Source of the DNA: Eledone cirrhosa
Taxonomy: Eukaryota
NCBI GenBank assembly: GCA_964016885.1
Contig: OZ024741.1
Coordinates: forward strand, 103,664,001-103,728,000
Length of the DNA: 64,000 nucleotides
Direction of reading: 5' to 3'
Shown: piece after piece, positions 24,875 to 37,556 of the stretch
Numbering within the stretch: the stretch's first letter is position 1
Layout: each line of letters begins with the position of its first letter
Program-made: the position numbers and the translations under genes
Notes under the pieces: model-generated
What the model saw: the letters and a program-made list of their open reading frames with translations, nothing else
The model's database searches: none
Told to the model about the DNA's origin: nothing

Positions 24875-27800
24875 TTTATCGAGAATCTAATTGTAATACG
24901 TGACGTATTCTATTCTATAGCGATTAGGTCTTCAAAATGTTTATTATAAACATACAGAATATTTTCGAATATTCTATGTCTATATTCACATATATATCGC
25001 TATTTCAGAGCATTTATTCCAATTTCTAATTTCTGCCGGACCGGCAACCGCTCTTTCAAACCAGTTCCTGTACACAGCTAAGTATTCTATAAGTCTCTAG
25101 CTGTGTCATTCTCGATAAAAGCACTGGATATGTAGTCCTGATGATTTCTAACGAGAATGAAACGCGTAGATTACTTCCCTTGCTTTTATCGAGAATCTAA
25201 TTGTAATACGTGACGTATTCTATTCTATAGCGATTAGGTCTTCAAAATGTTTATTATAAACATACAGAATATTTTCGAATATTCTATGTCTATATTCACA
25301 TATATATCGCTATTTCAGAGCATTTATTCCAATTTCTAATTTCTGCCGGACCGGCAACCGCTCTTTCAAACCAGTTCCTGTACACAGCTAAGTATTCTAT
25401 AAGTCTCTAGCTGTGTCATTCTCGATAAAAGCACTGGATATGTAGTCCTGATGATTTCTAACGAGAATGAAACGCGTAGATTACTTCCCTTGCTTTTATC
25501 GAGAATCTAATTGTAATACGTGACGTATTCTATTCTATAGCGATTAGGTCTTCAAAATGTTTATTATAAACATACAGAATATTTTCGAATATTCTATGTC
25601 TATATTCACATATATATCGCTATTTCAGAGCATTTATTCCAATTTCTAATTTCTGCCGGACCGGCAACCGCTCTTTCAAACCAGTTCCTGTACACAGCTA
25701 AGTATTCTATAAGTCTCTAGCTGTGTCATTCTCGATAAAAGCACTGGATATGTAGTCCTGATGATTTCTAACGAGAATGAAACGCGTAGATTACTTCCCT
25801 TGCTTTTATCGAGAATCTAATTGTAATACATGACGTATTCTATTCTATAGCGATTAGGTCTTCAAAATGTTTATTATAAACATACAGAATATTTTCGAAT
25901 ATTCTATGTCTATATTCACATATATATCGCTATTTCAGAGCATTTATTCCAATTTCTAATTTCTGCCGGACCGGCAACCGCTCTTTCAAACCAGTTCCTG
26001 TACACAGCTAAGTATTCTATAAGTCTCTAGCTGTGTCATTCTCGATAAAAGCACTGGATATGTAGTCCTGATGATTTCTAACGAGAATGAAACGCGTAGA
26101 TTACTTCCCTTGCTTTTATCGAGAATCTAATTGTAATACGTGACGTATTCTATTCTATAGCGATTAGGTCTTCAAAATGTTTATTATAAACATACAGAAT
26201 ATTTTCGAATATTCTATGTCTATATTCACATATATATCGCTATTTCAGAGCATTTATTCCAATTTCTAATTTCTGCCGGACCGGCAACCGCTCTTTCAAA
26301 CCAGTTCCTGTACACAGCTAAGTATTCTATAAGTCTCTAGCTGTGTCATTCTCGATAAAAGCACTGGATATGTAGTCCTGATGATTTCTAACGAGAATGA
26401 AACGCGTAGATTACTTCCCTTGCTTTTATCGAGAATCTAATTGTAATACGTGACGTATTCTATTCTATAGCGATTAGGTCTTCAAAATGTTTATTATAAA
26501 CATACAGAATATTTTCGAATATTCTATGTCTATATTCACATATATATCGCTATTTCAGAGCATTTATTCCAATTTCTAATTTCTGCCGGACCGGCAACCG
26601 CTCTTTCAAACCAGTTCCTGTACACAGCTAAGTATTCTATAAGTCTCTAGCTGTGTCATTCTCGATAAAAGCACTGGATATGTAGTCCTGATGATTTCTA
26701 ACGAGAATGAAACGCGTAGATTACTTCCCTTGCTTTTATCGAGAATCTAATTGTAATACGTGACGTATTCTATTCTATAGCGATTAGGTCTTCAAAATGT
26801 TTATTATAAACATACAGAATATTTTCGAATATTCTATGTCTATATTCACATATATATCGCTATTTCAGAGCATTTATTCCAATTTCTAATTTCTGCCGGA
26901 CCGGCAACCGCTCTTTCAAACCAGTTCCTGTACACAGCTAAGTATTCTATAAGTCTCTAGCTGTGTCATTCTCGATAAAAGCACTGGATATGTAGTCCTG
27001 ATGATTTCTAACGAGAATGAAACGCGTAGATTACTTCCCTTGCTTTTATCGAGAATCTAATTGTAATACGTGACGTATTCTATTCTATAGCGATTAGGTC
27101 TTCAAAATGTTTATTATAAACATACAGAATATTTTCGAATATTCTATGTCTATATTCACATATATATCGCTATTTCAGAGCATTTATTCCAATTTCTAAT
27201 TTCTGCCGGACCGGCAACCGCTCTTTCAAACCAGTTCCTGTACACAGCTAAGTATTCTATAAGTCTCTAGCTGTGTCATTCTCGATAAAAGCACTGGATA
27301 TGTAGTCCTGATGATTTCTAACGAGAATGAAACGCGTAGATTACTTCCCTTGCTTTTATCGAGAATCTAATTGTAATACGTGACGTATTCTATTCTATAG
27401 CGATTAGGTCTTCAAAATGTTTATTATAAACATACAGAATATTTTCGAATATTCTATGTCTATATTCACATATATATCGCTATTTCAGAGCATTTATTCC
27501 AATTTCTAATTTCTGCCGGACCGGCAACCGCTCTTTCAAACCAGTTCCTGTACACAGCTAAGTATTCTATAAGTCTCTAGCTGTGTCATTCTCGATAAAA
27601 GCACTGGATATGTAGTCCTGATGATTTCTAACGAGAATGAAACGCGTAGATTACTTCCCTTGCTTTTATCGAGAATCTAATTGTAATACGTGACGTATTC
27701 TATTCTATAGCGATTAGGTCTTCAAAATGTTTATTATAAACATACAGAATATTTTCGAATATTCTATGTCTATATTCACATATATATCGCTATTTCAGAG

Positions 27801-29027
27801 CATTTATTCCAATTTCTAATTTCTGCCGGACCGGCAACCGCTCTTTCAAACCAGTTCCTGTACACAGCTAAGTATTCTATAAGTCTCTAGCTGTGTCATT
27901 CTCGATAAAAGCACTGGATATGTAGTCCTGATGATTTCTAACGAGAATGAAACGCGTAGATTACTTCCCTTGCTTTTATCGAGAATCTAATTGTAATACG
28001 TGACGTATTCTATTCTATAGCGATTAGGTCTTCAAAATGTTTATTATAAACATACAGAATATTTTCGAATATTCTATGTCTATATTCACATATATATCGC
28101 TATTTCAGAGCATTTATTCCAATTTCTAATTTCTGCCGGACCGGCAACCGCTCTTTCAAACCAGTTCCTGTACACAGCTAAGTATTCTATAAGTCTCTAG
28201 CTGTGTCATTCTCGATAAAAGCACTGGATATGTAGTCCTGATGATTTCTAACGAGAATGAAACGCGTAGATTACTTCCCTTGCTTTTATCGAGAATCTAA
28301 TTGTAATACGTGACGTATTCTATTCTATAGCGATTAGGTCTTCAAAATGTTTATTATAAACATACAGAATATTTTCGAATATTCTATGTCTATATTCACA
28401 TATATATCGCTATTTCAGAGCATTTATTCCAATTTCTAATTTCTGCCGGACCGGCAACCGCTCTTTCAAACCAGTTCCTGTACACAGCTAAGTATTCTAT
28501 AAGTCTCTAGCTGTGTCATTCTCGATAAAAGCACTGGATATGTAGTCCTGATGATTTCTAACGAGAATGAAACGCGTAGATTACTTCCCTTGCTTTTATC
28601 GAGAATCTAATTGTAATACGTGACGTATTCTATTCTATAGCGATTAGGTCTTCAAAATGTTTATTATAAACATACAGAATATTTTCGAATATTCTATGTC
28701 TATATTCACATATATATCGCTATTTCAGAGCATTTATTCCAATTTCTAATTTCTGCCGGACCGGCAACCGCTCTTTCAAACCAGTTCCTGTACACAGCTA
28801 AGTATTCTATAAGTCTCTAGCTGTGTCATTCTCGATAAAAGCACTGGATATGTAGTCCTGATGATTTCTAACGAGAATGAAACGCGTAGATTACTTCCCT
28901 TGCTTTTATCGAGAATCTAATTGTAATACGTGACGTATTCTATTCTATAGCGATTAGGTCTTCAAAATGTTTATTATAAACATACAGAATATTTTCGAAT
29001 ATTCTATGTCTATATTCACATATATAT
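24871..29027 (+). repeat. 310-bp tandem array, right block: 13.4 units, inverted relative to the left block, hammerhead on plus strand
   Basis: TGCTTTTATCGAGAATCTAA every 310 bp from 24871 to 28901. Only one variant noticed (G>A at 25830). Confidence 0.97.
25132..25174 (+). ncRNA. Minimal type I hammerhead ribozyme (first of 13 plus-strand copies, period 310)
   Basis: GTAGTC-CTGATGA-TTTCT AACG AGAAT-GAAA-CGCG-TA-GATTAC. 6-bp stem I, intact core, palindromic stem III, GUA site. Confidence 0.9.
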
Positions 29028-29142
29028 ATATATATATATAGATAGATAGATAGATATACATAGTAATAATAATAAATTTGAAGACTAAAATCCAAAGAGG
29101 GCTCGATATGGATAAATATATATCAAATATATACATATATAT

Positions 29143-29355
29143 GAAGGCGCGTGGCTGAGTGGTTAGAGAACTGGATTCGCAATCGTGAGGTTAAGAGTTC
29201 GATTCTAGGACCAGGCGATGCGTTATGTCCTTGAGCAAGACACTTTATTTCACGTTGCTCCTTCTACCTGGAGTTGCGACCGATAGAGAGTATTAGCAAT
29301 TGGAAAGACCAACTGAAACATTGTTTCCTCGGTCCGATTTGACGAAAGTCGATCG
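29143..29355 (+). mobile_element. tRNA-derived SINE with CORE-like domain
   Basis: Close copy of 21627-21840. Confidence 0.8.
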
Positions 29356-30399
29356 ATATATATATATATGTATATATTTATTAAAATAACAGATTAAAGT
29401 TTAAGCAAAGAATCGCTGCTTTCACCCTTAACGGGATCTTCTTTAAGGGTAAAAGCAGCGATTATTTGCTTAAACTTTAATCTGTTATTTTAACAAATTT
29501 TTCCTCTATGGTTCTTATATATTTGATATATATTTATCCTTATCGAGCCTTCTTTGGATATATATAAATGTAATCTGAGTTTTTCGAATATTAATAACAT
29601 TCGATTCGTTTGCAATTATGCAAACAAGCATCAATTTTATAGCCATGTCAGTAGAATGACCCTGGAGTATCCGATTTTGATTGTATAACGGTTAAAGATC
29701 TATTGGTATTTGTGTCCTGGGGAGAAGTGTGTATCTATGAGGGCTAAAAACTTCTTTCCAGCATTAGTTTTGACATTTAGCGAGAAGGGAGAAGAGAACC
29801 AGATTTTTGCTTTATTCCTTGATTTTTTCCTATTTGTATTGGGGGGGGGGGGGCTGCTGTGTAGGAAATATTCTCAGAGAAACCGCTATTGCGTAAGGCT
29901 GTATTATAAAACAGGCTGCCAAATCAGATACCGCAAAGTAACCTGTCCGACTCTTTAATAATTCCGTCAATGTCCCTCCACCCACCCCTAGGCAGTGAAA
30001 AACTGTGGGGGCTCGTCAGATAACTGGGGGTTTTTTGCTATGACTGAAGGAATTGTCTCCTAGCTACCAGAGGTTCTCTGAGACCAGAGAGAATGATGCA
30101 CGTGATGTTCTTTTGGGAAAGATAAATGTAGAGAGACTTCCAGGGGTCGGCATTCTGACCAGGAATTACTGGTGTAGTGGTTAGTGCGGGGAGCTGGGAC
30201 GTGAACCAAATGTTTGGCGAGTTAATGGGCAGTGCCTGAGTTTCAGTGACATGTGACTAGCAAGCTCCGAGAAACAGAGACCATTGGAGTAACGGTGGAA
30301 GAGACAGAGGGAAGAGACAGCACGTGAAATTAACGTGCGCGCGGCTAGTATTCCACAAACACGTTCACCAAGAATGTAGTTCTCATGAAGATTCAGCGT

Positions 30400-30582
30400 G
30401 ATACAATGTGTGACGAAATTATCCCTTTGAAATTACTTGTACAACTGATTTTTACCTAGCTGAGTGAATTGGAGCAACGTGAAATAAAGTGTCTTGCTCA
30501 ATGAGGCAACACATCGTCGGAAATTGAACTCACGATCTTACGATCGTGACCCGAACACCCTAACCACTTACCATTCATGCTC
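30400..30582 (-). mobile_element. Degenerate tRNA-derived SINE
   Basis: GGAGCAACGTGAAATAAAGTGTCTTGCTCAA and reverse A/B boxes. Confidence 0.65.
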
Positions 30583-30698
30583 CACATACAAATACATACA
30601 TTCACTAAGTGATTGAAAGTCATCCTGGAGATTATTCGGGCTGCAAAAAAGATCGTGACCCTAACATTTTAGGTACACTTAGATGGTGGAGGCTTGTG

Positions 30699-31630
<932 letters not shown>

Positions 31631-32309
31631 CTTTTTTTTCTTCTTGCTCGACATTAAAACAAGTGTTGGGAATAATAGCCAGGATGTAAACAGCCAGCAC
31701 TCCGGCCTTCACGACGCTCCCTGCTCGCCACACCTCATTATTGCGGTCTCTTTGATAACAGATGACGATGATCTCCATACACACCCTACATCCCACCCAC
31801 CAACCACCAGCCACTATACACTATCATATACTGCATACACACACACACACACACACACACATACAGACCCAATCCACCTCCCACTACACATACTTTCTCA
31901 AACACAGACCCCCTCTCCCCCAATAACCACTACACACACATATACAGACACCACTCACACTATGCACACAAACTGACACATATATACACATAGACACACA
32001 CATACCTGAACATACACATACATGCACCTGCACACCTACATTTAAAGACAAAGTCGTCACATTCTACTCACACACACACGATGGACACACATACACAAAG
32101 ACACATAGACACAAAGACACATAGACACAAACTATATAATATATATGTGTGTGTGAGTGTGTGTGGGCGTTGTGTGTTTGTAGGAGTGAGAAAATATATA
32201 TATATATTTGTATGTGTATGCCAGCATATACACACACACACACATATGTGAACCTAAACATCGAGTGCTCTCCCGGGTGAACCTGCAGTAACTCCTAGTT
32301 AGACCCCCT

Positions 32310-32366
<57 letters not shown>

Positions 32367-32368
<2 letters not shown>

Positions 32369-32446
32369 AGGTGTCCCCCAAAAATGTATATACACTTTGA
32401 TTAGAATGCTGCTGAGGTATGTATACATTTTTGGGGGGACACCTTA
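32367..32446. mobile_element. ~80-bp Tc1/mariner-type MITE
   Basis: TIR AAGGTGTCCCCCAAAAATGTATA / TATACATTTTTGGGGGGACACCTT within (TA)n. Confidence 0.65.
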
Positions 32447-32517
32447 TATATATATATATAATATATATATTTATATTTATTTATTTATATATACAAGGTG
32501 TATGTCAGCGTGTGTAC

Positions 32518-32555
<38 letters not shown>

Positions 32556-33540
32556 TGGCATACACATACAAATATTTAAAGACATGGCCGTCATATTCTC
32601 AACTAATCACCCCCAAACTTTAAAAAAAACATCCATGTTCCCTACCTCACCACACTTTCCTTCCTCATACAGTCCTTGTCACAATCGTCACCCGCACCAA
32701 TGTTACCACATGACCCCCCCCCCTCACACACACACACCTTAATACCTTAATACTTACAATTCTATAACAAAACATTGGGGTATTTTGCAAAAAAAGAAGC
32801 TAAAAGAATAAAAGACTGAAACACTGAATCCCACCTCTCACACACACACATTCTCTCTCTTTCTCTCTAAGTATACACACACATATATATATATATACTC
32901 CACTTTAACATAATAATCTATATAACACAAATTGAATAATTATCTCTCACTACACATATATATTTATGTGTGTGTACATACATGCCTATTGTAAGTTTAA
33001 TATATATTCTTGTATATAGCTGACCTTTTAACTTCTTTCATATGTATGTGTGAGTGTGTATTTTATAAGTAGGGATCAGCTTTTTTTTTTTCAAGCACTT
33101 CATATTGAAAATGTTCTCAACGGTCGAAGCATGGCAATTATTATCAATGGTTTTGCGTATGTTGTATCCGTGTGTTATATTTAGCTTATACTCAGTTATA
33201 AGTAGAGTCGCAAGTTGTTTACCTTGTTTTGTGGTGAATTATATATAGAATGCCAGTGTTATCGACAAATGTAATTCATGCATTGTATGGAAATATGTTG
33301 CGACGGAAAAATGTAGTGCTTGTGTGACCGATATAATAACTTTGGTCATGAAGATTACAATTTTCACGTTTGCATTGAAATTCACAAATCACATCGGTTT
33401 TGCAGTATGTTATGCGCTTTACTAGATACGCGAAACTAATTCTAATAATTGCCATGCCTCAACCGTCGAGAATTATTAAATTATGTGTCCACGATCACTG
33501 CTAAGTAAGTGACCAATACGTTACTAGTATGGACATTCTG

Positions 33541-33580
33541 ATTCTGAAGATGGAACTATGGTGGTTTCGAAAATGTAAAT
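33541..33580 (+). ncRNA. Degenerate hammerhead-like motif
   Basis: ATT-CTGAAGA-T-GGAACTA TGG TGGTTTC-GAAA-ATG-TA-AAT. Confidence 0.5.
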
Positions 33581-33658
33581 GAGCATTTCCAGCAACAGAT
33601 CATCACGCAAAATTCTATATATATAGACTATAGTCTAATTCATGTCATTATCTGAGCG

Positions 33659-33709
33659 AGTGTTACTGATGAAAGATTAACAAATTTTGAAACAACGTTG
33701 TCTAACACT
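33659..33709 (+). ncRNA. Canonical type I hammerhead ribozyme
   Basis: AGTGTTA-CTGATGA-AAGATT AACA AATTTT-GAAA-CAACGTTG-TC-TAACACT. 7-bp stem I and GUC site. Confidence 0.88.
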
Positions 33710-34312
33710 TTCCGAATATACTGACAATTCTATGATATATTCATAAAGGAAAATAGAGAAAAAATTTTTTTCGTTTCGATACGAAAAAGTATTTTTCTTC
33801 GGCAGCGAGGCTTTTTTTTTTCCTCTTTTCCACCACTGCCCGCCTCCTCAGTCTTTCTATTTCTTCATTAATTTCTCATTCTATTTTCTGGTGAAAGACT
33901 AGCTTCCGAAACGTTGCGACTCTTTTCCTACTGCATCAAGAGTAAAACTAATAAAATAATTTTCCGTTGTACTATGTCGTTTACTTTGTTATTTCTGGTT
34001 GAATTTTGCATATATATATATATATTAGAAAGATCGAGAGTATCGAAAAATCGGCGCACGAGTTCACGATAAACAATATTCGAAATGAGCGGCAGATATA
34101 TATATATATAGTAATAATAATACATTTGAAGACTAAAATCCAAAGAAATAAGGATAAATATATATCAAATATATAAGAACCGTAGAGCAAATATTTATTA
34201 AAATAACAGATTAAAGTTTAAGCAAAGAACCGCTGCTTTCACCCTTAACGGGATCTTCTAAAGTTCCAGAAGATCCCGTTAAGGGTGAAAGCAGCGATTG
34301 TTATTTTAATAA

Positions 34313-34400
<88 letters not shown>

Positions 34401-35212
34401 CAGTGTGTGCGTGTGTGTGTATACATACATACATATTTGTTGCGGTGGAGGTGACAATAATGATGGAGATGGTGATGATGACGGTGGCGATTACAATTGT
34501 GGGGATACCTGCTGTTGTGGTGGTGGCGGCAGCGGTGGTTCAGTTGTTGGTAGCGATGGTGATGCTGAAGCTAGTAATGGTGGTGGTAGTGGTGATGGTG
34601 TTGGTGTTGGTAGTGTAGTGTATTGTTAGTAACCTATTGAGCTTAATCAGTAGAGTTTCACACATCAAAGAAGTCGTTAAATTTTTACAGATTACAGTGG
34701 AGGGATGGCAGGCTAGGTGGGATGGGATAACGTGGTAGGGCGGAAGGACAGTAATGTGTTTGCTTCTTGACTCTTATTCACTATCTTTTTCATTTTTTCT
34801 TTTTTTTTCTTTCTTTTTCATTTTCTCCTGCCTTCTTCCTTTCTTTTTTTCATGTTTCTTCCACTCATATATATATATATATAAACACATTTATACGCAT
34901 ACATATATATATGTATATTTATATATGAATATTTATATGTGTGTGTGTGTATACATATATACTAGCATAATACCCGATAATACCCGTTAAAAAATAGTGA
35001 AAAGTATTTAATTTAATAATTCCTTGAATCCCACATACAATGTAAAGATGCTTCAATCTTCGACATTCTTCCTCTTGTCATTCCAGCCATCACTGGATTT
35101 CATTTTACTGCCCCAGTTCCACAGCCCATGTATGTATATATGTATATATATATACACACGGGGGGGGGGGGGGGGGCATGACCACCCCAATAATTATATT
35201 TTTCTCCCCAAA

Positions 35213-36528
35213 CTCGTCCCTGGTTCCTCCCGCCTTCTCTTTACCCTGGACATCTCTTCTCTCTATACCGTCATCTCTCATGATGACGGCCTCCGCGCTC
35301 CAGCATTTTTTAGATTTACGCCCTACCCCTTACCCCAGCACTACCACTCTTCTCCGTCTGGCTGAGCTTGTTCTCACTCTTAATGGATTTTCTTTTTCGG
35401 CTAAACTTTACCAGCAGGTCTCTGGGGTAGCGATGGGAACCAGAATGGGTCCAAACTATGCCAACTTGTTTGTTGGCTACGTCGAAGCCCAGATCTTCTC
35501 CCAGTACGCTAGACCGACTCCTGAGCTATACAGTCGTTATATCGACGACTGTATCGGCGCCACCTCTCTATCACGAGAACAGCTCGACTGTTTTCTTTCT
35601 TTTGTCCAATCTTTCCAACCTGCTCTCTATTTCACCGCCTCCGTCTCCGATTCTTCTGTCGCTTTTCTAGATATCTCTCTATCTATTAATCACTCTCACC
35701 ACACCCTCTCTATTTCCATCTTCATTAAACCAACAGACTCTCAATCTTATCTCGACTTCACCTCCTCCCATCCAACCTACATTAAACACTCCATACCCTA
35801 TTCCCAATTCCTCCGTCTTCGTCGACTCTGTAGCCAGGACGACGATTTCGTAACCCATTCCTTCGCATGGCTTCCTGCTTCATCCAGCGTGGATATCCCC
35901 CCCACCTTGATCCAAGCTGATCTCACCCGCGCCCGTGAAACAGACCGTACCACAGCCCTGTTCCTTTCCCTCTCACCTACCACTCCGGCGACATATCCTC
36001 CGTCCCTTCCGTATCCTCTCTTCTGACCCTGTCACTTCTCGCTTTTTTCCAAACCCACCCATTACTGCTTTTAAGCGCGCCCGCAACCTCTTGGTTCGCA
36101 GTTCCTTTTCGTCCTCTCCCAAGACTCCACCCGGCTCTCATCCTTGTTCCCGTTCCCGCTGCAACACTTGTCCCTTTATTCCCACCCTCACCACTCTTAC
36201 AGGCCCTAACGGGCCTTTCCGTATCCGCCATTCCTTCACCTGCCTATCCACCCACGTTGTCTATGCCCTCCGGTGTTCTCTTTGCGGGTCTTTATATATC
36301 GGACAAACGGGACGCCGTATGGCGGACCGTTTTGCCGAACATTTGAGGGACATACGACTCGGTTTGGATACTCCTGTGGCCCGCCATTTCTGTTCTCCTG
36401 GTCATTCTTCCCTACATGTTTCAGTCATGGATCACAGGCCTCGCGCACCAGGGGACTGAACAAAGTCTGATTCACCGCCTTGGGTCCTATTCCCCTCTTG
36501 GACTCAAATAACTTCCCCAATTTCTCTA
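35213..36528 (+). pseudogene. PLE RT + GIY-YIG endonuclease (frameshifted)
   Basis: ORF pieces 35024-35365, 35178-36026, 35935-36459. Confidence 0.9.
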
Positions 36529-36926
36529 ATACCCCGTCCATTATCACACCCCTAGATTCCTATCGCTTTCTCTTGATGATTAGCAGCTTCTCTTACAACT
36601 AATACATGCCGATACACACTCTTTTACTCACATATACACACACATTTCTTCTTAGCTTCGTACGGACCTATAATAACATACACACACACAAACACATGCT
36701 TACGCACATGCTCAAATATAGCTCTTTTTACAAAACGTTTTTTTTTTCTATTTCAGGTAGACGCGCTCCATAATCCACTTCTCTAAAAAACAAATCATAC
36801 ACAATACGCCAGCACCAACACTTTTGCAAGAGATGTTAACATGAATCAACCTGTTATTTTTATCTAAAAACATTTTTTCCAATTCCATCCCACCCGTTCC
36901 CTCAATCTATTTTATTTCTCATTCTT

Positions 36927-36962
36927 TCTTCTGATGAAGGACTAGCGTCCGAAACGTTAAGA
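36927..36962 (+). ncRNA. Minimal hammerhead in PLE 3' region
   Basis: TCTT-CTGATGA-AGGAC TAGC GTCC-GAAA-CG-TT-AAGA. Confidence 0.8.
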
Positions 36963-37039
36963 CCCTCTTCCTGCTATATCAAGCGTTAAACTAATATATA
37001 CCTTCATTGTGTTGTTATTTCTGTTTACTTTTTGCATAC

Positions 37040-37088
<49 letters not shown>

Positions 37089-37192
37089 GAGAGAGAGAGG
37101 GAACACTGGAAGGTAATATTCCGTAGTAGTAGAGCACTCAGTCCATGGGACGATTTGGGTAAAAGTAATAACACAACAGTTAGTTCACCATA

Positions 37193-37232
37193 CCGAGAAC
37201 AATTGTTTCACCTTAGCGGATCTTCAGCTCGG
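37193..37232 (-). ncRNA. Minimal hammerhead in a fold-back mini-element (37101-37320); family copies at 49058-49098 and 58356-58394
   Basis: Minus strand: CCGAG-CTGAAGA-TCC GCTAA GGT-GAAA-CAATTG-TT-CTCGG. Inverted partial copy at 37272-37312. Confidence 0.8.
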
Positions 37233-37326
37233 ACTGGTCGTGGTTAAACGGAACAGGAAGAACAACCGCCGTATCCGCTAAGGTGAAACAATTGTTCTCG
37301 GTATGGTGAACTTACTGAACTTACTA

Positions 37327-37387
<61 letters not shown>

Positions 37388-37556
37388 TACAATGATTTTA
37401 TTCTATTTATCTATATTTAGATTGCCCTTGGAAATCGACCTTTGTTGTTGTTATTGTTGTTCTTCTCCAGAGATAAGTACATTGGTAAATATACATAAAT
37501 AGAAAGCAAATAGGTAAACAGGTACGTGAACAGATAGATGGATAGATAGATAGATA

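Larger units (their letters stand above)
35213..37030 (+). mobile_element. 5'-truncated Penelope-like element (Neptune-type) with 3' hammerhead
   Basis: RT motifs LFTLDISSLYT, QQVSGVAMGTRMGPNYANLF, RYIDD, KPTDSQSYL; Cys linker PCSRSRCNTC; GIY-YIG VVYALRCSLCGSLYIGQTGRRMADRFAEH. Confidence 0.93.

Noticed and set aside
23311-29027. CRISPR array, 5S rDNA or tRNA/snRNA cluster interpretation
   Set aside because: Units are fully identical with no spacers, no cas genes are present, and I see no 5S, tRNA or Sm motifs.
29995-30030. CTGACGA on the minus strand
   Set aside because: No properly placed GAAA or stem III.
34440-34625. Gly/Asp/Val-rich ORF
   Set aside because: Degenerate (GGT/GAT)n trinucleotide repeat.
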